Positions 1-13,516 of a stretch of 64,000 nt of DNA are shown here, piece after piece (position 1 is the first letter of the stretch; every line of letters begins with the position of its first letter). The notes below the pieces were generated by a model. It saw only the letters and a program-made list of their open reading frames with translations, searched no databases and was not told the origin of the DNA. The translations under genes were made by a program, and so were the position numbers. This stretch comes from Lytechinus pictus (taxonomy: Eukaryota): positions 25,484,001 to 25,548,000 of the forward strand of contig NC_087250.1 of NCBI RefSeq assembly GCF_037042905.1. Reading direction: 5' to 3'.

Positions 1-1462
1 TCAGTGGGGTTGGTAGGATTGAGGAAAAAGAGAATTTTCGAATGGCGTTGAAATAAAATCAGTAAAATGTGCATTGTTGCAACTACCTATCTTATTTGCT
101 AGTTGGGGGCCGATGTTACTAAAAAAAGAGTTGAATTGTGAAGCATAAGTGGAATTATCTGCGATTTTATCACCGTTTAGAGTTAGTCCATCTTTTAGGT
201 AATTCAGTTGTCTTTTTTCCGATAATCTCATTTATAACCCGCCATGTCGCCTTTGAATTAGCGCTAACTTTAGTTAATTTGTCTGAGTAATACATCTTGC
301 GAGATAATCTTATTAAATTTGTAAGTTTGTTCCGATATTTCCTATATTTTTGCACGTTTATGGGTGATGGTTTCTTTAAATGTAATTTGTAAAGACTGTT
401 TCGAGTATGTATTGATTTTAGAATTCCTTTTGTGATCCACGGGTTTTTGGCCTCGCGGGAATTTTGACGCTTCCTCACAAGTGGAAAATTTTTATCGTAA
501 TAATATTGTAATTTATTGTTAAATTTCTCATAAGCAATGTGTACATTATTTTCATTGTAAATATCACTCCAATTTTCTTCAAAAAGGTCCTGTTTGAAAG
601 ATTCAATTTTTCTGGGAGTTTCTAATCTATAGCGGGGAGGTATAGTTGATTTATTTTTAGATGAATTGGTTTCGGATATCGTGAATATTGGCAAATGGTC
701 TGATACTTCTGAATAAAGTAAACTGCCGATGATTGTTTCATTATGAATATTAGAAAAAATGTTATCTATCAAAGTCGCAGAAGCTGCAGTTAATCTTGTG
801 GGTTTATTTATATGTGAGGAAAAAGCATAAGAATTAGTTAATTGAAGAAATATTTCGGTATTAGAATTATTTATATTCAGAAAATGTGTATTAAAATCAC
901 CCATGAAATAAATATGTTTATTCTCTGTAGAAAGTTTATCAAGACATTGCTCCAGATTTTGATAAAATATGTCAAATTCAACATTGGGAGGTTTGTATAT
1001 TAAGCCAATAATAATATTTTTACTCTTAGGTATGTCAATCTCAATAAACAATGTTTCAGTTCGCTCAAACATTATGTCATTTCGAGTACGGAATTTCAAA
1101 TTGTCGGAAACGTAAAAGGCAACACCACCCCCTCTCCTTCCTACACAGTCAGCTCTAATCAAAGAATAATTTGGTAAATTAAATAATGGAGGAGATTTTT
1201 TATTGAACCAGGTTTCACTGACACCAATAACTGAAAATTGAACTGAACTGATGGCACAAAGCAAGTGTTGAAGATATTCAAAATTTTTGTTGAGGCTTCT
1301 TGAGTTGATATGTAAAATGCTAAAGCTGTTTGTTTTCGAAAATGAGTTATTAAATTCTGCTACTGTGTAATATTTATTTTCATTATTGAATTCATCTGTG
1401 TTGTTGATCATGTTGAGGGATGTGTGTTGGGAGTGAGTGCATGTGCGTGTGTGTGCAGTCAA
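1..1462 (-). mobile_element. CR1/L2-clade LINE, ORF2 N-terminal part (APE endonuclease and linker); runs off the left edge
   Basis: ORF 170..1462 has APE motifs ILHINSRSL, IGVSETW, GGGVAFY, IYKPP, MGDFN, TLIDNIF and SDHLP, then PWIT linker. A frameshift near 230 continues into ORF 1..231 (FNSFFSNIGPQLA). Confidence 0.9.
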
Positions 1463-1999
1463 GTGGATACAGAGACGGAGGTATCAGGATCGTCACTGAG
1501 AGATATACTGTAAAGTACAAAAGGCTCTGTTGGCCAATGCCCCGCCTTGGAAGTATCTACCTGCAGTGAAAAAATAGTAAACTAAAGAAAAGGAAAAGAC
1601 AGTGAAAGGAGAATGGGCAATGTCGTTAATTAAGAGAGAGCTGATTAGGGAGCGAGAAAAAGAAGCGTCTTTAAAGAAGAAACACAATGAGTGTTTGTGG
1701 ACTTATAAGTGTTGTAAGAATGCCGGATTGTCTACGGCAGTTCAATCCCCTTTCCTGGATCTCAGAAACTTAAATTTTTCATAAAGTTAGGATAGAAATG
1801 TTCTCTATGTAATATGACATAACATGATTATAATATCATATACCATTATAATGAACAATAATTTCTTCTTTCCCACTACGTTCCTTTTCCTTTCTCCCTC
1901 TTTTTCTCCTTTTCCCCGTTTTTTTTTTTTTTTTTTTTTTTTTTGGTCAGCTGATTGGGGAAAGGGGGGCACGCGCCCCCCCCGTAGTTACGCCACTGA

Positions 2000-4927
2000 T
2001 CCTATGCGTTAGTGAATCTTGGCTGAAAGAAAACATTTCTGACAAGGAAATATTCACTGTGAATTACGATTTTTTTTCAGACGTGATAGAACTTCGAAAC
2101 ATGGGGGTGAAGTTTGTTTATATGCTAAAGAACATTTACATTGCAAAGATAGAAGTGATATTGTCACTAAATTTGGTATCGAAGCAGTGTTATTCGAAAT
2201 GTCTTTGAGAAAGACTGATTTATTTGTCTGATGTATTTACAGACCACCTGATGCCACGGTTGAATTTTACTCTGAATTATATAATCTCTTAGAACATATG
2301 GAATCTGAAGATTAAAGAACTTATCATTTTAGGCGATTTTAACAATGATTACCAAGTCAATGATTCTCTTGTTGATAATCCATTATATGTTATTGAATGT
2401 TTATTTGCTCTGTCATAAATTGTTACGAAACCTACACGAATCACTCCAACCTCCTCAAAATGTATTGACTTCATTTTTACGACTATACCGGAACAACATT
2501 TACTTTCCGATGTCGCCAAGATTGCCCTCAGTGATCATTATTTGATATTTACATGTATTGATCTCAAACCAGATGAACCTCTACATAAACTGGCCAAGTA
2601 CAGAAACTTTAAGAAAATCGACGAATCCCTATTTCTTGAAGATATCGTAAATGTAGCATATTGTATAATAATGAACGAAGTGTGTCTGAATCGATTGACC
2701 ATGATGAAAATGTATGGTCAGAATGGAAGCAGGCCTTTTTGGCAATTTGTGACAAACATGCTCCGATCAAACAGGTGCGTGTAAAAAATCGGTTCAACCC
2801 TTGGATAAATAATGATATTTTAGAACTCATGTATCAAAGGGATTACTTGAAAGGTAAATCTGATAAGAGTGATGATTTCAAAGACGAGTACCGCAAGGCA
2901 AGAAATCTAGTCACCAGTTCTATCCGTGAAAGTAAAAAGAATTATTTTGATGATATCTCGAACAAATTTAAGAATAATGCTCGTAAGCTCTGGAAGAATA
3001 TCAACATGGCAACCGGTAACTCAAAATTTAGTAACCCTATTCATCATGATCTATCACCGGAATTATTCAATGACTACTTTCCTAATGTTGGTCGCAAAAT
3101 TGCAAATTCTTTTCATGAAAAAAAAAAAACTATTTGGAGAAACCCCGACTGTACTCATAGATTTATTTTTGATACGATACCAGACAGTACAGTTTTTAAA
3201 TTACTATCTGGCTTAGAGACAAACAGTAACCTTGATATTCTGGGTTTTGATTCGAAATTACTTCGGATAGCTGCACCACTTATACAAACATCTTTGACAT
3301 CTGCCTTTAATTATTCGCTCAGAAACGGAATCGATTTGTTATGAATGGAAATACTCAAGAGTTACTCCAATCTATAAAGGTAAAGGACCCAAAGATGCGT
3401 GTTCCAACTACATACCAATATTTGTCGTGTGTCATATAGCTAAGTTAATAGAAAAAAATAATCCAATTGAATTTGCACCAGTATTTAATCTCAAATGAAC
3501 TTATCTCTATTGACCAATCTGCGTTTTTGAAATCACATTCTACGGTAACATGCCTCCATCGCGTCATCGATGATTGGTACGATGCATTGAATAATCATGA
3601 TATGGTTGGGGCATGTTTCCTTGATATATCAAAATGTTTCGACAGTATTAGCCATGAATTATTATTGTTTAAATTGAAGAAATATGGTATTATTGATGTT
3701 GAATTCAAATGGTTCAAAAAGTTATTTGTCTAACAGAAGACAATCTGTCCGATGTCATGGTCTTCAATCTCAACCGATCGATCTTGATATTGGAATTCCA
3801 CAAGGGGGAGTCATTGGTCCTGATCTTTTTTTCTTATTTTTATCAATGACATAGTCCAAAGTGTTTCTAAGGGGACTTGTAACATATTTGCTGATGACGT
3901 TATTATTTATTTTACTGATCCATCACTAAACAAGTTTGAAGAAAATTTACAAAATTGTATAAATAGTATCAACGCCTGATATACTGAAAACCGTCAGATA
4001 AATGCTTCAAAGACTGATGTCATGCTAATCTCTTCGCGTAAATCAAGAAATAGAGGAGAGCTTAGAGTTTAACTTGATGGAATTGAATTGAAACAAGTAA
4101 ACAGTGTTAGATATTTGGGTGTTGAAGTTGACTGTTATCTTTTGTGGAAAAATCATGTCAAACAACTCTGTAGATCATTATCGTTTAAAGTACATGCACT
4201 GAGGCGTTTAAGTTCTATACTAAATATAAATTGTTGAATACATTGTACAAATCTACTATACAACCATGCATTGACTATGGTTGTTCAGTTTGGGGTAATT
4301 GCTCTGAAAAAAAAAGACCCTTATCGATAAACTTCAAAAAAGAGCAGCCCGGATTATTACCAAACAATTCGATTTTTCTGTAAGTAGTGCCGATCTATTC
4401 AAGGAATTAAAGTGGCAGCCTTTTGAAAAAAGACGTGACTATTTTCTTTGTATATTAGCATATCAATGCATTTATGGGCTTGCACCTTCTAGGTTGTGTA
4501 ATGAAATTGAAATGTATTTTGACAGACATGGAATCAATACTAGAAATCATAACTCCCTAAACGCAGTCTTGCCAAAACATAATAAGGACATTCTTAAACT
4601 CTCATCCAAATATGCTGCTATAAAAGTCTGGCATTCTTTGCCGACATCAACGCAAAATATCCGATCCCTGCAATCTTTTAAACGTATTTATAAAGCAAGC
4701 TTTTTTAACCAATGTCATTTTTATTCTTTTATCAATTGTTACCTTACCTCCCGAATATTATTTTTGTCTCATCTCTACATATTCTTTTTAGTGAATTATT
4801 GATATATACTTTGTTTTAACTTTTAATTCTCTTAGATTACTATATTATATTTTGTAGTTTTATATTATGAATTCCCTAGTTACTTTGTTAAATTGTATTT
4901 GTTATTTTTAATCTATCTGATGAATTA

Positions 4928-4958
<31 letters not shown>

Positions 4959-5774
4959 CAGTGCGTTCCACAAAAGACGAAACCGAGATTCATCGATGAT
5001 TTATTATAACTTAATCACAAATTAAATAGACAAATGACCTACCATTGTAAAGCTTAGAATCTCCTCTTTCATCTGAAATTACTTAGAATTTTTTTTATTC
5101 ACGCATGAGTGAGCAAAAATAATTTGAAAAGGGGAAACCAAAAAGTCATTTGGCGGGCCGTATCTGGGTTTTGAAAAGAAAACCACATTTCTAAAAAGTT
5201 CAATATCTGCTCTTTAATTTGATACCTCAATTACAGAAAATGGTCAAGAAATAACAAAGTACTGGTTATTTGAAATAAGGCTTGAATTTAAATAATTTCA
5301 TAAAATGAAGATGTCTTACAGGCTAGCGTTCAGACTCACTCGACACTCCGTTTTGTTGACGATCAGCCATGCATTAAGTCTTTTGTTACCATGCGATAGC
5401 TTCTGTGGGAAACCAGTGAAAACACGTTCATTTAATGAAATTATGGAAATACAAGCATTGTTTCGAGGGATCATAACTTTTTTACTTCTTGACCATTTTC
5501 TGTGATTAAGGTATCAAACGAAAGAGCAGATTTTGAACTTTTTAGTCATGTGATTTTCTTTTTGATATTCAGATACCCCCGCCAAATGAGTTTTTGGCAT
5601 CCTTTCTTCGAATTGTTTTTGCTCACTCATGCGTGAATGAGGAATAATCTAAGTAATGTCAGATGAAAGAGGGGATTCTAAGCTTTAAATTGGTACGTCA
5701 TTTGTCTATAGTATTTATGATTAAGTTATGATAAATCATCGCTAAATCTCGGTTTCGTTTTTTTCTGGGACGCA

Positions 5775-5815
<41 letters not shown>

Positions 5816-5918
5816 CAATTTTTTTATCCTGTTGTATCAGGACCATGATGTAAAACAGCTGTGCTGATCATGTTTTTATCCTGTAAAAATAAATAAATTC
5901 AAATAATTAAATAAATAA
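2000..5918 (+). mobile_element. Degenerate CR1/L2-clade LINE (endonuclease, RT and 3' UTR), interrupted in the 3' UTR by a MITE
   Basis: Fragmented ORFs 2661..3344 (PWIN), 3467..3733 (QSAF..HST..FLDISKCFD), PQG near 3800 and FADD at 3887-3898, with many stops and frameshifts. Ends in a stem-loop-like stretch plus an AATAAATAAA tail at about 5840-5918. Left boundary approximate. Confidence 0.85.
4959..5777. mobile_element. Tc1/mariner-type MITE, largely palindromic, inserted in a (TA)n tract
   Basis: Termini CAGTGCGTTCCAC...AAACCGAGATT and AATCTCGGTTTCG...GGGACGCACTG, TA flanks, and inverted arms of about 350 bp. Confidence 0.85.
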
Positions 5919-6045
5919 TTTTTTTTTTCTAGCCTTTCCACAACGAAGATTTCGTCAGGTAAAATTCCGTTATAAAATGTTGAATCTCTTTAACCATTTT
6001 ATGTGAAATATTAATATCATCGAAAAAAATGCATAACCTTGTTAA

Positions 6046-6638
6046 AGAACAAGTCAACCTCAACAAAAAAATTGATTTGAATAAAAAGAGAAATATCCAA
6101 CAAGCATAACACTGAAAATTTCATCAAAATCGGATGTAAAATAAGAAAGTAATGACATTTTAAACTTTTGCTTCATTTCACAAAACAGTTATATGCACAT
6201 CTCGGTCGGTATGCAAATGAGGGAACTGATGACCTCATTCAATCACTATTTCTTTGTATTTTATTATATGAAATATGAAATATTTTGATTTTCTCGTCAT
6301 TGTCATGTGAAATGAAGTTTCATTCCTCCCTGAACACGTGGAATTCCATTATTTTGTGCTTCAGGCAAGGAGGTCCTAATCGTCAAATTCGTAAAAATGG
6401 AAATATTGTATAATTCAAACAATAAAGAAAAAAAGAAATAGTGAGTGAGTGACATCATCGACTCTCTCATTTGGATGTAACTGGCTCGTTCATATAATTT
6501 TTTTTTTAGAAATAAGCGGAACTTTGAAATGTCATAACTTTCTTATTACATCCGATTTTGATGAAATTTTCAGCATTGTGCTTGTCTCATTTTTCTATAT
6601 TGATTCAAATCTACATTTTTCTGAGGTTGACTTGACCT
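6046..6638. mobile_element. Kolobok-like MITE (TTAA target duplication)
   Basis: TTAA|AGAACAAGTCAACCTCA ... TGAGGTTGACTTGACCT|TTAA with long imperfect TIRs. The same family recurs at 14981, 16981, 51554 and about 53350. Confidence 0.8.
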
Positions 6639-8717
6639 TTAAATTCGCCAGTTTTGGTCTGTGATACATGAAAAGTACCGGAATAAAGACGTTCTTTTAA
6701 TGAAGATCCAACGACCACCGAGGTGTTTTTTTTATATAAATCAATAATTTATTTATTTTCTTGCCTTCTACATGTATGGAAGCTGGTATGTTTGCTAAAT
6801 TTAGACATTTTACTACAAAATTCAAATAAAAAAAAAAATAAAAAAATGGAGAAGTTCCATTGCTAGATATTCGCCGTTTAATAGAAGTTTACCCTTAAAG
6901 GAATACCTTCCCAGATATTAAGAGGGTGTTTTGGAAATGAGTACGCGAACGGCAACGGTGCGCATTGACACCAACGTCATACGACGTTAAAGCCATGTTC
7001 TGAATGCTCGAACTCTGACCATTTGTAAGTAATTACACGCTTCGACTGCTGTTTGCAGATCTTGGTTCCACCTACTCGGCTGTGTGAAGTGACGTCAACA
7101 GATTTTGGGGGCTAGCACCGATGTAACAAGAATGTGTACCATGTGTGCATTTGCTTCCGTCAATGGATGAACATTCGATTTTCTGGTGATCATCGTAATG
7201 GACATGGTGGCGAGTATGGCACGTAACATTAATGTCAAACAGCGCCCTCTTAAAGCCAAGGAACGCTTACCTTTCAATCTCACCTTTTTTTGCCCTCCAG
7301 TATAAACTTATGAATTAATTATCTTACATCACGAAATATCTAATAGTTTTTAGCTACAAAAAAACCCCGTTAGTTATTATTTTACTTGATTTTCAGAACT
7401 GTTCAGGTCCTCGGAAACAATTTTTAGATATTGTTTAGGGGGTTGTCATCAGTAGAAAATACTAGCAAACAATTGAATAAACAATCGTTACAGCTCCCAC
7501 ATCTCCGTCATACTTTTTTTTTGGGGGGTCGGGGGGGGGGTCGGGGGGTTGTCAACATGATTTAAAGGGGTGCTGCCCATATGTGGTAAATTATATACGC
7601 CGCATTCTCACTTCCCAGGGATATGGAACGTTTTGGTGGGGGGGGGGGGGGGTCATGGTGGATTGAATGATTGTAATCGTTATGTATAATTCAGTTACCC
7701 TTTTTTTTTACCACTGGCGAACTTGTTATATTTTGGACTATAAACAAATAAATCAAAGTTTATGTTCCTTACGTATTTCACAGTCTTCCTCTTTTTCTAT
7801 TACATGATTAAACGGGTGTTTGGGAGGGGGTGGGATTTCAGCAGAAAAAGTGTGGCTGACAACACGGACATTCACATTCATATGGTCATTCTTTTTCACG
7901 TTTATTTAAAAAATGAGGAGCGTGTGCAGAAACAATCCCAAGCCCTGGTTATAGTTTTAGATCATACAGTGTTTACCTACAGGTCGTGTTTCCCTCAAGC
8001 AAATAACCCGAGAGTTGGCACTGTCATTGGATGACCTGCCCGACCCTGCTCACCCATTAAAATTTTTTTCCCGTCATGTTCAAGCAAGGGTCTCACGTTC
8101 AATCGACAGTTTTTGCACACATGTATAAGTTATAGATGAACGAAATAAACCAATTTAGAGGTGAAGACCTGATAAGATATACAAAAAACCGATCAACCAG
8201 GGCGTAGATTATTTCTGTCATTTATTACCCTTCATTTGAATGTCATATTCCATTGCTGCATACATTTCATTTTCCCATACCTAGGAATATAGGAATGTAT
8301 GTTTGAAGAGTAATGACAACGCCCCCTTTTACGATTGTTTGTTGGAACGGATAAAAACCAATGTTTGGTACTGCCTTGCATGTATTATATTATATTTTTT
8401 CTATCATGAATTATCAATCGCAAAACGTTCGAATTGTAAATATTCAATAATGAATGAAATACCTCAAGGAAATTTTACGTTTTTTAAATTTTTGTTTACT
8501 CTGTTATTATTATTTTTTTTATTTATGTACACATGTTTGTATTGCCATGCATGAGATAGGGGAAAACATTCTGTTCAAAAGAAGTAATATTCCCCTTTCT
8601 TTTCAATTAAAATTTGTTTAACTAATTTCATTGCTTGCTGTTTAATTATATGTCTAGTAGTGTATGAATGACAGATAATTTTAGTTCAATTTTTCATTCA
8701 TTTATCCTACCAGAAAG

Positions 8718-9021
8718 ATGTCTTCTCATGGAGGTATTCCCGATGAGCTTCTCTGTAAGCTAGCTGAACACATCGAGACAGGTGAGCAGATGGAGGCCTT
8801 GGCACGAACGCTCGGATTCGAAAATGCAGCCATCAATAGATACATAGAAACTAACAGACTGGAAGGACGGATCACGTGTAAGGGAACACGTGACATGCTG
8901 TTTGACTGGAGACAGACCACTAGGCCATCCAATCAACATCCTAGGCTGAAACAAGCTCTCAATGATTCTAATCTAATCATGCTTGCTGAAACTTATCTCA
9001 ATGACACATTAGCAAACCAAG
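8718..9021 (+). CDS. NLR coding exon 1: N-terminal Death domain
   Basis: MSSHGGIPDELLCKLAEHI...LARTLGF...MLFDWRQ...LKQAL fits a death-fold pattern. Acceptor CAG at 8711-8713; donor CAAG|GTGAGT after 9021 (phase 1). Confidence 0.85.
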
Positions 9022-9087
9022 GTGAGTATATGACTCAGGTCATATGATATATTAGTATATAATGTGGAGCGTTGTGGCCCAGTGAAT

Positions 9088-9582
9088 TATGCTTTTCACA
9101 CTGCATTTCCTTAACCCCATACTATCCTTAACCCCGGACTATCCTTAACCCCATACTATCTTTTTTTCGATTCACACTGTCTTTCTGAACCCTATACTAT
9201 CTGCTCAACCGTGGTTGATGCCCTAACCCCGGACTATCCCTCAGCTCATGAATATTGATGATTTTACCATACAGAGCGTGATTAATGTGCAATTCGACTT
9301 CTGTGATTGGCTAATGCTTAGCCCCACTTTCCTTAGCCCCGTTTCGTTTTCACACTGCATCTCTTAGCACCGCAATTGTGGTGCTAGCACCTCAATAAGC
9401 CGGCTAACCCTGCTTTTTTGCAGGGCCAGATAGTACCGTACTATTTACCGTGCTAGCCCACTTTGCTAAAACGTAGTGTGAAAACGAAGTGGGCTAAGCT
9501 TAACCCCGAGAAATTGGTGGGGCTAAGACCCCCCCCCTTAGCCCCACCAATTTAGGACAAAAAGTGCAGTGTGAAAAGCATA
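9088..9582. mobile_element. MITE nested in the SINE head
   Basis: 18-bp perfect TIR TATGCTTTTCACACTGCA / TGCAGTGTGAAAAGCATA; internal CTTAACCCC/CTTAGCCCC repeats. Confidence 0.8.
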
Positions 9583-9795
9583 TAGTCTCCGGACTTTGAA
9601 ACAGAGGGTCGTGGGTTAAAATCCCAACCATTACGTAGTTTCCTTCGGCAAGAAATTTATCCACATTGTGCTGCACTTAACCCAGGTGAGGTGAATGGGT
9701 ACCTGGCAGGAATTTATTCCTTGAAATGCCGAGCGCGTAAAAGCTGCTTGAGCTACAGCCTGGGTAATAATATCCAAGTCCTTTGGAAGTGCATA

Positions 9796-10661
9796 AGGCG
9801 GTGCTGCACCATCCCGAGTTTGCTCAATCTCGAGATTTTAGCCCGATCGGCCCACTTCGCGATTAATCTCGAGATTCAAGAAACCCCGTCTGCACCATCG
9901 CAAGAAGAGCGATTCCTGCTCGAGCGAGGCAACAAGCCCGATATTACGAGCATGCGCACTTTCGGATCTTGGAGTTTCAACGGCCCGCGCTTTTGAATAA
10001 CTTCCCGCGATATGCAAGCAATGTATTCCTTTCACTAGCACTTTCGCCGAATTCAACCGGTGTTATGCAACAATCCTCTCAGCTCAGCGAGTGAAGAAGT
10101 GATGTATTCTTCGTTAAATATGATGGCGGAGTAGGAGGCAACGACAGAGAGAGAGAGAGAGGGAGAGAAGGAGGAAAGAAATGCTATTTGCTCACATTTT
10201 GCGAAGGAATAAGACAACACTGCTGTCAGTGTTGTTATTGAATATGACCATCGTCGATGAGCGCCTCCCCTTCGGTCTGGTCTCTCCCAAAATCCATTCA
10301 CTGGTGGGACACCATCGTTGCTTATGTATTCGCATGTATAAAGTTGACTTTCGCACGTGTTTTGACCAAGGCGGAAGTGGAACGCGAATTGCATTATGGA
10401 CTGACGTCATGAATAAATTACCCCGAGTCCAATCTCGAGTGCGTCTGCACCGACGAATTAGCGGGATAATTCGTAAAATAGCGCGCTATTTTGCAAATAA
10501 ACCCGAGTTGACTTGGGATTGCAATCTCGAGATTAATCCTACGAACTAGCGCGATAATTGCGTCTGCACCGCCAACTATCTCGAGATTTTTCAGATCGGG
10601 ATAATTTGCCGGATCAGAAATAGCGCGCTAATTTGAAAACTCGGGATGGTGCAGACGGCCC
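9796..10661. mobile_element. Harbinger/PIF-like MITE nested in the SINE body
   Basis: TIR GGC..CTGCACCATCCCGAGTTT / AAACTCGGGATGGTGCAGACGGCC; recurrent ATCTCGAGAT and GTCTGCACC motifs. Superfamily assignment is inferred from the termini. Confidence 0.75.
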
Positions 10662-11065
10662 TACAGAGACGTTATTCATAATGTGTTATGCGCTATACAA
10701 GAACTGACTATTATTATTATATTATAAAAGAATTAAAAGTGAAATAGTTATCTTTGTTTTTAACTCTATCCGTAAAATCCTTATCTCCAAGGAGCATCAA
10801 ATTATCAAATGTTTCTTTGAAATTTGACAATAATATACATTTTTCATTGTCATCTGATAAAGACGACATTAGAGCATTAAAAAAAACACAAATAATCTTA
10901 TTATTTAGGAATATGATTTTCGTTGTTCATATTTGATAAATTTGTGTTATCCCATCAAATAGAAGAAACAACCCGTTTATCATATATTATATATTTGATG
11001 TCTATTTTTTAGATGTTTATGTTTCGTTGTTTTCAATGATGTTTATTTTATCTATATTTGTCTTA

Positions 11066-11480
11066 AGGCGACCGCACACCTTACGACTGGTCTGCGACCC
11101 GATTTCAGAATAAAATGTAGTAGAATTTGATGCTGATATTGAGACTTGGAATATCTTACTGTGTAATGTTCTAAATCATCGTACGAATACCTGTGTTCAA
11201 ATATGTGACTGTGCTATCATCCTTCTTAGAATAAAAGCGAATTTAATATCTAGTCGTAATGACGTCATAGCAGTCGTACGATTGCCTACGATTTGAAACT
11301 AATTTGGCCTTTACTCTAAAATAAAGGCTTGGAATCTTTCAAAATGGTTATATTAGTATTCTTTCCATTAATTTTAACCTCAAATAAAATGATATGTTCC
11401 ATTCACTTTTTCAGAAAATGAGCAAAATGCGATTTGTTCCAAAATCGGATCGCGAACAGTCGTAAGGTGTGCGGTGGCCT
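11066..11480. mobile_element. Harbinger/PIF-like MITE, TTA TSD
   Basis: TTA|AGGCGACCGCACACCTTACGACTG ... CAGTCGTAAGGTGTGCGGTGGCCT|TTA; an inverted copy lies at 48386-48801. Confidence 0.85.
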
Positions 11481-11555
11481 TTACATGTATTTTAAAGGGG
11501 CGGATATCACGTGGTTGAACTCATTTTGCTCAATGTCTTTGTTATATCAATCCAG

Positions 11556-13135
11556 ATACATACAGTGAGAAGATTTCGGAATCTCTGACTGTTCGAAAAT
11601 GTCGAACAATCTTGGAGGACAAATATTCGAATCAGCTATGTAAAATTCAAATGAAACCTTGGGACAAAGATGATTATGCAAAGTTTGAAGAAATGCACAC
11701 CGTTGTTACCATGGTAAAAAAGGATGCTCGTGGAAGAGATATTAAGGAAAAACAAATACTTCAAGGCTCTGTTGGGAAAATATTTTCAGCCAAAGTAGAT
11801 GGAAGGTTTCCATCTCGAATCCTTATTTCGGCACCAGCTGGACGAGGAAAGACGACAGCTGTCGCTAAGATGGCGTACGACTGGGTTCACAGAGAGGAAG
11901 GGTCAGGATTAGAAGACTTGCCACTTCTGTTCGTAGTCAAGTTTCGAAACACAAGTCACAGTACATCGATTGGAGAAGCTATCATATCACAACTCCTGAG
12001 TGACGTTGACGATCTGACGCCAGAGGGGATAGAGAGTTTCATCAGACAGCATCAGGGAATGTGTCACATTGTACTAGATGGGCTCGATGAGTATGCTGGT
12101 ATCTCTTCCTCAAGCAATATCATGAGAATTCTCCGCTGGGAAATGTTTCCACAATGTCGTGTTATTGTAACAACACGACCTCACCTAGAAGACATTTTTA
12201 GTCAAGGGGATCTACCAAGGGTGTACACAAAGATGGAGATCGAAGGGTTCTCGCGGGAGAACGCACGCGATTACGCTGACAGGTTCTTTACTTCTGTTCA
12301 GAAACCTATGAAAGCGGACAGTCTGAAAGTTTACCTCGATGGACAACCCCTTATTGAGGAATTAGTAAAAACTCCGCTATTTTGCCTCATGGTCTGTCAC
12401 TTGTGGTCTGAAGATCTACTACAGAGTGAGATTACAACTCAAACAGCGTTACTCGACCAAGTTAACGTATTCTTAATGCTCCACGCAAATGCCCGGACAC
12501 CTGGCTTGATAAAAACTCCCAAACAACTAAACAAAATAATACTGAAACTGGGAGAAATTGCTCTCACTGGTCTGCTCAATGATGCTAAGAAGTTAGTTTT
12601 CTCGTCTTGTGATTTTCAGAGAGTTCCCTCTATTCTTGATATGGCATGCGCCCTAGGAATAGTATCAAAGACTGTTGTTTCAACCAGACACCTTCCACAA
12701 CTTGACGAAGCATTTTCGACTACCATAACTACTGTTGAGTTTTATCACAAACTTGCTCAAGAACATGCAGCAGGAAAGTATCTTGCTGATGAAACAAACC
12801 GCTTTCTTTTCTTGTTGAAGTTCAGTAAGTTAGACCGGGTACTGCGAGATATTAAAACAAGCATTGGAGAATATGAAAATCTTATTCGATTTGCTTCTGG
12901 TACGAAAAGCAATCTCTGCACTAGAATAATGGAGAGCGTCCTTACAAATACTTATTTATCTGAGAGTGAGCGATATCGTATTCTCCTAGATTGTTCTTCA
13001 GAGTCTGGGGTCAACGATGGGAATGTGTCATCATTGGTACGAAGATGTGTGACGTCACAGCGTATGGTCTTAAAGTCACCAACAGTGTATACTTTTGTTG
13101 GGATGCAAAATCTTCCACGTGAGCTGAAACAGAAG
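11556..13135 (+). CDS. NLR coding exon 2: NACHT NTPase, HD1 and winged-helix
   Basis: Walker A APAGRGKTT, Walker B HIVLDGLDE, sensor-1 VIVTTR, PLF motif, and winged-helix motif FYHKLAQE. Acceptor CCAG| at 11555 (phase 1, in frame); donor AAG|GTAATC after 13135 (phase 0). Confidence 0.92.
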
Positions 13136-13516
13136 GTAATCTTATGCCAGAGGATTGCCAGAGAAATAAGTTCATAACAGTCCGTAATGTTATACTTCGT
13201 ATATCATACAATATATGCCTACTTTTGTTATACCAAAAAAAGCGCAGTATTGACCGATGTCATAATTTAGGAATAAACCAAACGAACCAACAGTAGCATA
13301 ACAGATAAAGGCGAATAAATAAATGGATGAACCAAACACGATTACCAAACAGTTAGCAAATCAGAGTTTAGAAAATAAAAGCCGGGTATTGTGGGTCTTT
13401 TTTACTCATTTTTCTGCTTCTGCTTATTGAAGGACATAGTCATATGACATGTATGAGGAATAATATATACGATACTCAATGTTTATTAATAGTTAAATAA
13501 TACGCGTTGAATGTTT

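Larger units (their letters stand above)
9064..10725 (+). mobile_element. tRNA-derived SINE, split by two nested MITEs
   Basis: A-box-like TGGCCCAGTGAATTA and B-box-like GGTTAAAATCCC, with a (TTA)n tail near 10710. Pieces 9064-9088, 9583-9795 and 10662-10725 reassemble into a match to the uninterrupted copy at 49168. Confidence 0.8.

Noticed and set aside
11828..11854. Walker A beginning with Ala (APAGRGKT) as a sign of an inactive NACHT
   Set aside because: It still fits [AG]xxxxGK[ST], and the catalytic Lys/Thr and Walker B acidic residues are retained.
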